Below are positions 39,592 to 52,125 of a stretch of 63,853 bases of DNA, in pieces. A program made the position numbers and the translations under genes. Positions within the stretch are counted from its first letter, which is position 1. Each line of letters starts with the position of its first letter. Origin of the DNA: Octopus bimaculoides. Lineage: Eukaryota. The stretch is taken from assembly GCF_001194135.2 (NCBI RefSeq), contig NC_068987.1, forward strand, positions 81,408,829 through 81,472,681. Reading direction: 5' to 3'. Below the pieces are notes generated by a model, which saw only the letters and a program-made list of their open reading frames with translations, searched no databases and had not been told where the DNA came from.

Positions 39592-40916
39592 GAACGAACA
39601 AGCAGATTATTATATAGATAGACCATGCTTGTGGTATATTTCTTTTGTCTCTCTCCTATCATATACATTGTGCAACTTTATTATATGTATAATTGTTTTT
39701 CTGCCAATCTATTCAAATATGAATTACATTTTCTTTTATAGGTGTAATGTTTTTTATTGGTTTGGAAGGTTTTAGTTTGTGGTTCAAGCTCTTAATTCTG
39801 TTCAAAAAAATCACTCAGTTTTATCAAACTGTTTTTATTCAACAAGTTTTTGCCAGAACCAGTTGTCTAAATTTATTTTTTGGCTAACCTGGATCTGTTC
39901 TCATTACATTTTTTGACAATTTTGATTTGAAAAAGAAAGAGAACTATTTGTCCATGTAACTGGGATACATAATTTTGATATCTGACTTGAATGTGCAAGA
40001 GAATAGAGCACCTGTTTTTGTTATCATCATTTTATGACGGTTTGATACTATGTGTCTATCCAAGTAAGTGATCTCTGAAATATTTCAATGTTGATGACTC
40101 TGACAATATTAGTCTCACAAATATCTTCTATTGATATTTAGCAATATGATTGACATCATTTAAAATTATGAAATCCAGCTCAAGAAAGCAGTTAACTGTT
40201 CTTTTGTTAAGCTCTGACAAGGAAAAAGAAATTATGACTTCAATAATGCATTGTAATAAATGTGTGTGTGTGTGTGTGTACTTGCATGTGTGTATGTGTG
40301 TGTAATATGATGCACATAAGGTTTTTACTTTGTGTGTGTATATGTATATATATATATATGTATATGTATACACACATGCACATGCACGTGCACACACACA
40401 CACACATATGAAACTTATATCTGTGAATGATATTACTACAAGCTATTATAAAATCTTTTTTGTAATCATATTAATATCAGAAATGTAAACTTAATATCAA
40501 TCTCGATCAATGCTCTGTATACTTTTCTTTTATTGAGTACAACTTGCACCTCTTCATGAGTGCTTACTCAGCTGAAAATAGCAGCCAAATCAGCCTCAAA
40601 TTACATCCTTTTGTCTTAAATGAAAAACACATCCAATAATGTAACCCTAAATAGCTTTAGGCAAGATGGTCAAACTGAAATGTTTTGCATAGTTTTATTT
40701 TCTTTTGTAAAGAAAAAGCAGAAAGTTACATGGAACAAAATATTCTTAATGGTATTTTGTTGACAATGTTCAGAGTATTAGATTCCCAGATGAAGCCATT
40801 GGAAACATTGATTACTTCACTATGTTCTGAAGGGAATCATTTAAGATGAGAAATGTTATTGCGAATGGCATGGAATTATTTTGTATTGAAATAATGAATT
40901 TTATGTTCAGGTATCA

Positions 40917-41144
40917 TTAACCCTTCTATTACAATAACGCTGTTGAAGTATGACACCTTTGCTCCAATTAATTTTGAAAATATTGAAGAAATGAGGAAAA
41001 TAACTTTGTCATTATTGAACGGGTTTTTAAAACACAAATTAGAGTGAAATTCTGATGGAAGGTTTTAATTTGGATCACTTTAAACTGCAAGTTGTATCAT
41101 AGAACCAAGGATGGTCCCAGGTGGATTGGTATCAAGAGCATTAA
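40917..41144. mobile_element. piggyBac-type MITE
   Basis: TTAA + cccttctattac ... ggtatcaagagca + TTAA; right TIR degenerate. Confidence 0.55.
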
Positions 41145-42059
41145 GTATGATCACCTCTTGAAGCTTACATTGGAATATATCATGACAAAATAGCTAGGAG
41201 AAACAAACAGATTTCATGAGCGCACACACACACTCTCTCTCTCTCTCTCTCTCTCCCTCTCTCTCTCTCTCTCTCCCTCTCTCTCGCTCACTTATGTACA
41301 TGAAATTCTCTTTTATTTTCTACATATCACCAAACATATTTCTCCTGGCTTAAGTGGTCTGATAGTTCTACTTGGTTAAATAATATTTGTTTTCTTTTAA
41401 AAGTTTGTAAAGTGTGGTTTTGAAATGAGACAGCAATTCATGCAGAGAGGAGTGACAATTTTTTATTATAACAAACATTAAAAAATAGGATTTGAGATAA
41501 ATGTGTTGTAGAATTAGTGTTATCTACATGTTCTTGAAATTAAGTTGTTTCAGGTAACACATGTATTTTGAATGAGAAATGTTGAGATAAAAGAAAAGAA
41601 ATTGTGTGGCTGGGAGCCTGGTGGAAGTGAGTATGACAAATCAATGTCTTATTCAATTGAAACATGTCTTGTGTGAAACATGTGTAGACAATGATCAGTT
41701 CTGCTGATTCCAGCTCTAACTGAATTCTGAGTAAAGAGAGAAAGCTTTAGTTCCACTTATAGACAGTGCATGACTATATCATTGCTTTAACAGTGAGAAA
41801 TGGTGACAGACAAAACTTCACCAGTTGTGTAATATTCATTACAAATCTGACAGTTAAGTTCATTTTGCTGCTCTGTTACTTGGGTTTGTCCCTGCAGTGT
41901 GACACTGTGTGCAGTTGCCTTTAATTATATCTTTAGGCTTTAGCAGATGCTTTAGTACAAAAGCATCGATAGAGGTATCAGACTGATTGGCTAAGTTATG
42001 ACAGTGGCAAAAATAATTACAGTACAGCTATTTAGTTAGATACAATTTGGGTTTGTGAT

Positions 42060-42290
42060 AGGATGAGACTGCACAGCATCAACCATTCGTTGACCTGGAG
42101 AAGCCTTTTGATTGGGAACCACACTTTGTAGATTGGTGATCATGAAGAAACGTAGATGTAGATGAGTGGCTGTCAATGTTGAGATTTAGCATTTAGTTCA
42201 GTGTGGAATTTAGTGTCCAGGTAAGTGTCTATCAGGGATCTGTTCTGAGCTCCTTACTTATTTATTATAGTTCTCAATGCTTAAGTTGAA
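42060..42290 (+). mobile_element. RTE LINE RT fragment
   Basis: FVDLEK(AFD) at 42086 onward and VYQGSVLSSLL; same family as 6340-7211. Confidence 0.75.
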
Positions 42291-42622
42291 AAAAATAGTT
42301 GTTCACAAAACAGCTTGTTTTAAACTTTTCACACTAGAATCTAGAATAATTGGAGGAAAGATTTCAACTATCTAGTATCAAGAGGCTTTAAAATATACCT
42401 AGCAACAAAGTAGCTCATCGTGTGTGTATGTGTGTGTGTATGATTAGTTTTTTTGCTGATATGAGTTTGACAAAATATGTATTGGAACAGTATTTTTCAT
42501 TGAGATGCTCTTCTTGTCTCTTGCTTTTCAAATAAGGGATTGTTACTGCACTGGTCACAAAATACTGCCTCCTTGTTCAGCCTATGTCAGCATAGATAAA
42601 ACTCAGATATAAAATCTATGAT

Positions 42623-42657
<35 letters not shown>

Positions 42658-43089
42658 ATGTGTGTGTATGCATATATTTGTTTTCTTAAAAGTGCTTATG
42701 AGAGTGTATATTTGTTTGTGTTATATCTATATTAATTATCTATTTCAAACACAGCTTATGTTGGTTATTCTGAAGTATTTATTATAGGTACACCTCCAAT
42801 TTTTAATGTAAACTAATGTAAAAAACATTTCTATATCTTTACAAGCAGAAGAATATATACATGTGTGTGTATTGATGTGCATATGATACACACACATGCG
42901 CATGTGCGAGCACAAGTACATGTGTGAAAAATGTACATACATAGACATATGTAGGGATGTATGTGGAGAATATACATGTACATATGTATGTGTATTTTTT
43001 TGTGTGTGTATTATGTGTGTGTGGTGGGGAGTGTCATAATTTCTTCAGCTTATATGTGTGCAACATGAATTTATAAATCACATAGGTTA

Positions 43090-43330
43090 TCACTAGCTTG
43101 TATGTGGATATTCATGTTTGTGATTGTTGTTGAAGTTTTTAATTTTAGAGTTTTTGTCCTGTATTATTAGTTTTAATTTATCATTTGATGTAGTGTATTT
43201 TGGGATTATTTGCTTTATGAGGTTCTTGACAATGTATTCATTTATTCTGTGGTGAGTATGCATTTGATTCATAAAATACACTTTATGTATGGTTTGTGCA
43301 TTTTTAATAGTCATAGTTCTAATGTACTTT
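43090..43330 (-). mobile_element. Penelope-like remnant (RT-endonuclease linker)
   Basis: ORF 43093-43314 YFMNQMHTHHRINEYIVKNLIKQII...KLKLII resembles PLE linker regions. Confidence 0.4.
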
Positions 43331-43864
43331 TTGCAGTCTATTTCATCTTTATTTGTTTGTCAGAACAAATGTTTGTTTTATGAGGATTTTTTCCCTGTGC
43401 TTTGTGTAGGGAAAGGAAATCTAAATGCTTTTTTTACTAATTATTTTACCACTGACATTTTTTATCTGTGTTGACATTCACTGCCTTCATGTAAAAATAT
43501 GAATTTATTTATGTCTTTGGAGTAAACGGATATGATGTGTCTATTGTTTTCTGCTTAAATGTTTGTTTAGTAATGGAGTTATTGTATTGCTAAGAATTTA
43601 TTTGTACTATTCTGGATGTTGAATTTTGAAGTTGTTTTCTGTGTTCCTTTCATTTCTGGATGCGCTCTGGTGTGTACTTTATGATGAGGATATCTGTTGA
43701 ATTTTGCTATTTATAATAATAGTGTTGGTGATGAGTAGAGCAATGGTTAAGTAAAAAGATAAGGCAATAGTAAAGATGTGAATATGAAAGACTACCAAGC
43801 GATATTCAACTCCAGCTAACACATGTCTCATAATAGACATGCTAATTTTAACTTTAGAACATAA

Positions 43865-44035
43865 GTATAGTTAAAATATGTATTTTATTCATGGTAATAA
43901 TTACAGCTGAATCAGATAGAAAATTCTGTGAGTTTTTGTTCAAGTCTCAATGGACTTCAGTAGCTTATAATATTTAATGGAAGGGATATCTAATTGAATA
44001 TGACTTCAGACAAGATTCAAATAGCATTAAACAGT
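43865..44035 (+). repeat. Diverged duplicate of 46258-46420
   Basis: Shared blocks aaatatgt, aatggacttcagt, taata(t/a)t(g)tttaatggaagg, ttcagacaaga in the same order. Confidence 0.7.
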
Positions 44036-45161
44036 TTAGAACACATTAAACTCAAAATGAAAATATGTTATGCAAAATACAGAATACATAAGCTTAGAGA
44101 TATGGAAGATAATGTATGCATGTGTGTTTGGCTGTACAAAACAGAAGATACACAACTGTTGTTAAGTTTAATGTAATATACAGAATCATATGTAACTAGA
44201 TGATGCAGAAATGTTGCAAAAGTACTATAGAAACTACAGCAAAATCGTAGGATGCCAAATAGCAGATAGAACCATTGTGGACAGAATAATTAAAATGTCT
44301 TTAACATGAGGGCCAGAAGTATCTGGTTTATTATTGTTCAGCAAAATACTTGGTGAATTTTTCATTGATATAAATGACAAATGCTGTTTTATGTTTGAGA
44401 TGATTCCTTTGCTGTTTATTGCTTGACATACAGTCAATTTTTAGAATGACATTGAAGCAGTGAGTATTTCCAAACACTATGTAGGTGACTGTTGTAATTT
44501 TAAAGATAGCTGCTTTAGTATCTGACAGCAGTATTACGTTGAATGGCCCATATCCTCAAAAGAACACTGCTAGAGCATCCTTCTCTGACCAGTAAAGTAT
44601 CTGACAGCAATGAAGCAGTTTTATTCAATTGTGTGAAATACCTGGGTATTTTAAGTTTTGGTTATATTCTTGACTTTCCTCTGCATAAATTTTAATTTCA
44701 ACCCTATCCCACCCTTGAAAGCCAGCAACGATTATTTGGTCATAAGTTACTTAGCAAATCTGTCTGTCTTTAAGGGTACATATGCCAAAAAGAAGTGATC
44801 TGACTGGCTGAAAGTAGTTATAAAATGAATCACTCATATAATGCCCCTTAATGTTGGCTGCTACATCCAGTATTTCTTCTGCCCATAGATGGCTGGTAAC
44901 AATAGACCATCAAATCTGAATAAGCATATGCGAGTGTTGCCAGCCAATAAATGCATTATATATACTTGAAAGGAAAATCTGAAATGCTGCTGTATGCAAG
45001 AATATTAAAACAAAGCTATGTGTGTGACTCTTACATATATCTGTGTGTCAATACATGTGAGTTGACACAATTACCTAGTTGTGTATACATGTGAGTGAAT
45101 ATTTGAGTCTGAATATTGAGGAATAGAGAGCTGATTCAGTTACATTGTATACTTTCTAACA

Positions 45162-45544
45162 TGGAGGTGCAATGGCCCAGTGGTTAGGGCAGCAGACTCA
45201 CGATTGTAGGATCACAATTTCGATTCCCAGACCTGGCATTGTGAGTGTTTATTGAGCGAAAACACCTAAAGCTCCACGAGGCTCCAGTAGAGGGTGGTGG
45301 CAAACCCTGCTGTACTCTTTCACCACAATTTTCTCTCACTCTTTCTTCGTGTTTCTGTTGTACCTGTATTTCAAAGGGCCAGCCTTGTCACACTCTGTCA
45401 CGCTGAATCTCCCTGAGAACTATGTCAAGGGTACACATGTCTGTGGATTGCTCAGCCACTTGCACATTAATTTCACGAGCAGGCTGTTCCATTGATTGGA
45501 TCAACTGGAACCCACATCATCGTAACCAACGGAGTGCCACAATG
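45162..45544 (+). mobile_element. tRNA-derived SINE family E, full length, with 13-bp TSD
   Basis: A-box tggcccagtgg, B-box-like tttcgattccc; TSD atactttcta(a/g)ca at 45149-45161 and 45545-45557. Confidence 0.9.
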
Positions 45545-46257
45545 ATACTTTCTAGCAGCTGAGAGGTAGGCTGATATTCTCCATGTCTAGAATAATGTGT
45601 ATTATGTTGTAATATGTTTGTGTATGTTGCTAGTGCTTGTGAACAAAGTAAAAAGCCAAGTAAGTCTGGCAATATTGTTATGTATGTTTGATGGGTACTG
45701 GGCAAAGATGTTTGGTGGTGTTAGCAGTCTGGTGAAGATAATGTAGTGTGTTAAATAACACGAGCTGCGAATATTGTCTACATTTACATTTAGTGGCAAA
45801 GCACTTCTATTATAACTGTAACCAAAAGTAGTATTTGATAGAAGTGATGTTAGAAATTTGATCTTAATGTTTGGGAGACTTGGAAACAGGCACTGATGTA
45901 TGAAAACACACACATGATGAGTTAACTGTATGGTGTGCTGTGATTGCATGCAAGTATGGTATGCCAGGGTCATTAGGATAACACTGCAGAGGAGAAGGGA
46001 ACAACACTGAGCAAGCAGGAAAAACATGAACCTTGAGAAAAATATGTTTAATAGAAGTCTAGAAATATCTAATTCCTATTTAAAAACCATTCAATCAGAC
46101 ATGTATGTATTCATATCAAACATTGGTAGTATCAATGTAAAAAGTTTTAATGGTTAGTGAATAAATAAAGGTGATGTTTATGAATGAAGGATGCTGAGTG
46201 AGTTCTAATACTGGTTCCATTGTAGAAATACTTATGTTAATTCCGAAATATAAATAT

Positions 46258-46420
46258 TGTTGAAATATGTTTTATTTATGTTAATACTAACATCTAGATG
46301 GAACAGAAACATCTATGAGTATTCTGACAATTCAAAATGGACTTCAGTCTCTAATAATGTTTAATGGAAGGAGTTTCTGATTTAAGATTTCAGACAAGAA
46401 TCACATGGTGTTAAAAGGGA
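46258..46420 (+). repeat. Diverged duplicate of 43865-44035
   Basis: Same shared blocks, in the same order, as 43865-44035. Confidence 0.7.
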
Positions 46421-46559
46421 GTAATAGACATACCAGATATCCAGAAATTAAGAGAAGACTTAGAAAACGATTCCATACTAAAACTCATCATCCAAAATGA
46501 AATAAAACCCTCAGCAATGCAAAACCATCTCCTGATATATATTCAGATAGAAAACAAAA

Positions 46560-46850
46560 AATGTATCTGTTTACACAAAGATGCATAAATAAATGTATAA
46601 ACCTACACTGAAGCAGATACAAAAATGTTAGTTGTAGAATCATTACTAAAAGAAGTATTTTGATTTTCCTCCTCAAACAATACTTAGGAAATCCACAAAA
46701 TCAAATAACACCAATCAAAAAAAAAAAAAATGGATATTCCAGCAAACAGATAGACCAAGCTATGAAAGTATACAAGAAGAAATGCACTGAAGCACTTACA
46801 TCAGTTACCATACCTTTAAAAATATACAAACCACATATAGATGTACACTA
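46560..46850 (+). mobile_element. Penelope-like RT C-terminal remnant
   Basis: KNGYSSKQIDQAMK matches the PLE motif NGYPxxxI. Confidence 0.45.
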
Positions 46851-46981
46851 ACTATTGTATAGATTACTTGCTTGATGCAGGAGCCACATATGACAGACAT
46901 CAGATATCTAGAAAATTAAAAGTTTGTTTCTTGCAATGTGACAATAATAATTGTACATAATTTTCTTTTTATTTCCTAACT

Positions 46982-47051
46982 AACGAATAGACACCTGGTC
47001 CTGTTGGTTGAATACTAACAAATAGACACCTGATCCTGTTTGTTGAATAGT
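46982..47051. repeat. 35-bp tandem duplication
   Basis: aacgaatagacacctggtcctgttggttgaatact / aacaaatagacacctgatcctgtttgttgaatagt. Confidence 0.9.
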
Positions 47052-47204
47052 CAAATAGTAATTTTACATTATATGGTTTAAGAATTCAATTTAAAATAGA
47101 ACAAAATTCATACGTAATATAGCAAATCTTAATATAAGTAAAGTTTCACAAATTTATTTGTGAATGTACATAAGTATTTTCATGTTTTACAAAGTCAATT
47201 GAAG

Positions 47205-47400
47205 TCATCATCATCATTTAACATCCATTGTCCATATTGGCATGAGTTGGACGGTTTGACCAGAGCTGGCAAGCTGGGGGAGCTGCACCAGATTCCAATC
47301 TGATTTAGCATGGTTTCTATGGCTGGATGCCTGTCTTGACACTATCCACTTTACAGAGTGTGCTGGATGCTTTTATGTGGCATTGCACAGGTACATTTAT
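47205..47400 (-). mobile_element. Repeat family C, 3' end
   Basis: catcatcatcatttaacatcc...gttggacggtttgac...ggctggatgcc. Confidence 0.75.
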
Positions 47401-48069
47401 GTGCAGAAAATATTCAAGTGTTTGCTTGCTTGCTTGCTTTTTAAAGTAAAAATATTTCTTAGCAGATAATTGATAGTTGCATAGAATAAATATTTATAAC
47501 ACACGGATTTTTAAACTGTTGGGAAATGATTTCTTATGACTTAGGATAACTGATTTTTATTCTGCCAAGATTGAGCCCAAGTTTATGGTAACTAAAGGCT
47601 TGAGAGAATGTAAAGAAATACTCTTTATCATGGCTGTCAGTGAGAGAAGTGGCAGAATAAATATGTGGATATTTACTTGTTTATATATAATAGCTTAAAC
47701 TTGTCTCAAGGCTATTATGTTATGATTAACTAAACTTTCTGATTATTAAAAACGTATGTGACAATGATGAGCAGAAAATGATCCTGTATTTTTGTTAATC
47801 TAGCTAAAAGCTAACATTTCTGATTGGCTAAAATAACACAATAGACCATGGTGAAGTTAAAATGTCATCTGCTTGAGAGTTTTTTCAAGTTTTGCAGTTC
47901 TCAAACAACTGCTTAATGTTTGTTTATTTTAGTTAACTTCTGGCAAAGGCATGGATGAAAATATGCAAATGAAAAGCAAACGTATAAAATTAAACATATT
48001 TTAATCAGATTATGATACAGAATTACGGTCTTGTCATAACAATTTTTCAATAAATATGCAATGCTTCTG

Positions 48070-49820
48070 TTATGAATCTATTCAAGCTACTGTTTAATGC
48101 TAGTTGAGGTCTTCTGCATTTATATCGAGGCTGTGAGTCACTGAAAAGTTGACCTATGTGTTGTCAAGGCTCTATGGATTATGTGTACAACTTGTTTGCT
48201 TGTAAGGGTTGCATAATGCTTTGGCTTCACAAACTTCATAATTAGAGTACACTATTTCACAGAAGTATATAGTGCTAAAAATTTAGATGAACTGAACCCT
48301 TTTTACTGGAACTTATTTTCAGAACTCAGTAGTAAACTGGCATTTGTGGATTGTCTTTAGGCCCAAGTTCTCATCCATGTCCTCAGCCAATGATTCTGTA
48401 AATAAAGCTTGGAGATTTGGTTTTGTAAGATATGTAAAGTTGTACTTCAGTTGTTACATCAAATATGGTTTGGAAATTATCAAGTCGTCCTTGAAATTTA
48501 TCATTACATTTTTCCTATTATGGCCTTTTAAATATCAGGGAATGTTACTCCTCAGCTGAGATTTGGTAAGTAGTTGCAGTTTCTTGACAATACATTTCTT
48601 TAAAAACCTTATTTTTTCCTGAAAGCTAAAAATTTTCTCAGTAAGATCAGAAACAATCTTTTTTGTGGTGAATCAAGTTCAAAGGTTATTCATTGTATGA
48701 GTAAAGAACATCAGATTTTGCATCCATTAATCATATTTCCAGTTAGGAGAAAAATCTTTTCTTTCTATCATAAAAATAATAGGCTCCAACAGATCTACAA
48801 ACCACCTCAAAACATTACTGTTTGATGGCCACCTCACAATTTTGTAGAACGTGACATTACAGGGTTTATCTTCATCACAGTGTTTATATCCATTACTCCA
48901 CTAACGTTTCTGAAATATCAGTAGATCTCCTCATTTAAGTATATAAAATTGGTAGTTTCAAGGACAGTCTGAATAACACCTTAATATTTCAAGTATCTGG
49001 TTAGTACATATTCACAATTAATAATAATGTAATGAATAGGGAAAGCTGATGGAAAGCTGGGATCTCTTTTCATCATAAAAACAATTAATCTTGTATCCCC
49101 TTCACATCTATTATAGGTTTTTCCCTCTGTTGTAACATTGACAAGTTTACTCTGCAGAACATCAGCTTTTATTGAGGCTCTGCCAGGCACATTTTTAATG
49201 TCAACTCAACTGTTCATTCCTATTACTGTGATTATGTTCTTTTTATTGCTACTACATCTATTCTTTCAATGTTACATTAGAGGAATCAACAAGCACTTAC
49301 TGCCTAGGGAATTTTGAAAATCATTTTGCATTTTGCCTGAATCATCAACATTGACCTATGAAACTCACCCCTCTTTAGTGTGATGTGAGACTGGTGTTTG
49401 TGCTATTTATCTGTGAAGATTTGTGTTTTGGGGATTTCACACTGCTACAACTTTGCCTGTAGCTTTCTAAGCAAATTCACTACCAAAATATAAGGATTTA
49501 ACATGATAAATATTTGAAGACACTACAAAACCAGCTTCTGTTGTTCTATCAGTTTCCATACTGAAATTTTGAAAACAGTGTCTGCTGACTGTTTTTCTCA
49601 ATTCTGATTTAGGTGGGTAATCATATGAGGTAGTTTTATGATTTTCTTCATTGTGATATATTCTAAGTTTCAGGCTTTGAAATGACTAGGTGACACATGG
49701 TAGCTAAGACACAAAACTATGTTCCCTTCAGTGGGGAATACAAAACCTTCCTCTTGCTCTTGATTAAAATTTGCTTTTATCTTCTTATATTAATTTCTTA
49801 AAATTTGATGACACATCTGC
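48070..49820 (-). pseudogene. Decayed hAT transposase (Charlie/Buster, GTF2IRD2/ZBED-like group), essentially full length
   Basis: Motifs in correct order on the minus strand: ANFNQEQEEGF; TDRTTEAGFVVS; KLVNVTTEG (TTDGA motif, about 49121-49136); PIHYIII (HCIIH); VRWPSNSNVLRWFVDLL (VRWLSRG, about 48830); WMQNLMFFT; KIVSDLTEKIFSFQEKI; STIYFCE (GSTYxCE). Many stops; TIRs not located. Confidence 0.85.
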
Positions 49821-50459
49821 TGACACAAAATGTTGAAACACTTGTAAACGCTTACATCTAAAGAGTAACAGCTAAGTCTACCTCTACATTTTTAACTTGT
49901 AGTAAATCAAAGTATTTTCAAATAGTGCTTTAAATTTTCTACATAATTTCTCATCTTAGTTGTAACTGATATAAAGTTATTTCACTGTTCTTTTATGTGT
50001 GACAACCTAAAGGCTGTGGCCATGCTGGAGCACTTTAATTTCTCTTGGAAATATTTAGCTCTTTTTCTTTCTCTTTCTATGTACACACACACACACATGT
50101 ATATAAAATGAAAGAAGATGAAGTTAATGTTGTGCATAGCATCCAAAATACACTAGTGTAAGAAACATTTTAGTAGGTAGGCCCAGACCTGAGACTGAGG
50201 CAGGATGCTCATGCAGGGGTAACACAACTTGTCCACCAAACAGCCAATGCAATACAGAAGCAGTTGTTTACAAGGCAGAAGTAACAACAGCAGGACCCAA
50301 TAGACCACCGAGTGTGTGGAAATATGTAGGGGCAATAGAAAGCCTCTTCAGAACCTGCTTTGATAACCACAAGTCCTCATTCAACATCCTAGAGAGACAT
50401 AACACTACAACCCTAGCCAAGCACATCTAGGCTTTGAAAGAAAGTGCCACGTTTTTCCT

Positions 50460-51000
50460 CCAAGATGGTTATTGGTTGGTCATGCAAGCATTTATGCACT
50501 GCTTCCTTTACATCTTCATCCATGGGAAATCAACGACCTCATAAACCATCTTTGAGTGGTCCAAAGATATGATAATTGGAAGATGCAAGATCTGGACTGT
50601 AAGCAGGGTGTTCCAGCACTTCAAAATCCAATTGGTTAATGGTTTCAATGGTGTGGGTGGCTGTGTGTGGGCCTGCATTGTCATGCGACAACAAAACTTC
50701 CTTCGACAATAGACTTCAGCATTTAGTGTGAATTGCTGGCTTCAGTTTGTTGGCCAGCAAAGCATTGTATCTTACACTGTTGATCATACACCCCTTTTCC
50801 AGAGAAATCAGATCCCTGCTCTTTGTTCTTCTTTGGTGCACATTGCAAGTGGATGCAATCAAATGGTGCAATCAAGCTCAAACTTCAATCATGTGACCAC
50901 AATAGAACCAACTATAAGCATGCATGCACAGAAGGCAGTGTGACAATAATAACGATCTGTTGTGGTGAAAGAGCAGATGATCTTTGACTTCCCCTCACAT
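50460..51000 (-). mobile_element. Internally deleted mariner fossil
   Basis: HDNAGPHTATHTIETINQLDFEVLEHPAYSPDLASSNYHIFGPLKDGL; left end tatgtgaggggaagtcaaa near 51000. Confidence 0.9.
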
Positions 51001-51200
51001 ATATATATAATAAAGTCAAACCAAGTAATGATAATTTGAACGTGTTTAATATGTATGTTTCAGGTAATTGTGCAGTGGATAAAAAGAAGATTCACTTCTT
51101 ATGCAAAGTCTTCCTCAGCTAAGATGTATCAAAATATCAAACATATGCATGCACACACACACACACATACGTGTGTGTGTGTGTATATGTATGTACGTAA

Positions 51201-51237
<37 letters not shown>

Positions 51238-51299
51238 ATTGTCAAAATATATCAAGTAAATTATATGTTTGCCTTATAAACAACAATTTTTTTCTATTA

Positions 51300-51850
51300 T
51301 AACCATGGAGAACTTCAGGAACATAAATCCAAATGAAGAATGCTAAGCAACTTCATCTTTATGGTTGCATAACATTCCTTGTGGACAGTGAAGAAGGGTA
51401 CTTTGGTTGTGCAGGACAACAGTATTTTCCTCAGTAGATTTTACATCTGTGTGGATATTCACTGTCATATCAACATGTTGCAAATTTGGAGTAGTATCTT
51501 GATCCTGTTATATATTTGCAGCAAAGATTGATATTTCTAAATTTTTATTTGTGGATATTTTCTTTCTGAATTCTTATAACTTTATTGTTATCATTAGGCA
51601 GGTTATTAATTTTTCTTTATCCACCACAGCAGATAAATTGTTCTCACCATTTTTGCATATTATGATGTTAACATTACTTTTATAATCTATGAAGCTGTTT
51701 TCAATTTTCTGTTAGGCACACATCAATAAAATGTACTTATCTATTGGTTATTACTTTTTGCCCCAGAGGATATCTTGAAGTTTGTCAGCTATTTTTATTA
51801 TGTTTTTATCTCTGGTTTTCTCTGAGGACTAGTAGTTTGAATTCACCTTG
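51300..51850 (-). mobile_element. Possible Penelope-like RT N-terminal remnant
   Basis: NIIICKNGENNLSAVVDKE resembles IxKADKGNxxVVxDK; very decayed. Confidence 0.3.
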
Positions 51851-52125
51851 TTTTCACTTTAGGTCATATTTCCCATAAAACCAGAAATTAGTACTAAGGT
51901 TGAGAAGTTAAAACCAAGTTTATCCAAATGTTAAATTATATAAGCAAAAATGTTGGGTAGCTATGGGTTCTCTATTAAGTCACATTTTGTAATATTCTAC
52001 ATGTTCACAATACAAGCCAAATGAGACCAATACATAATTATATAATATATAACAACTATGTTAACAATGTACTTGTCATAATAAAAACACTGAAAGATGT
52101 AATGAGATTAAAAGACAGCTTAATA

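Noticed and set aside
45162-45235. tRNA-like sequences here and at 11575, 24400 and 55735
   Set aside because: They continue into multi-copy SINE bodies, two with TSDs, and lack a complete cloverleaf; they are SINE heads, not tRNA genes.
45602-46027. 141-aa minus-strand ORF
   Set aside because: No recognisable domain; lies in decayed LINE-like 3' sequence with low-complexity composition.
47933-47981. Plus-strand exon candidate LTSGKGMDENMQMKSK
   Set aside because: Weak donor, and it abuts the 3' end of the hAT fossil, so it may be transposon sequence.
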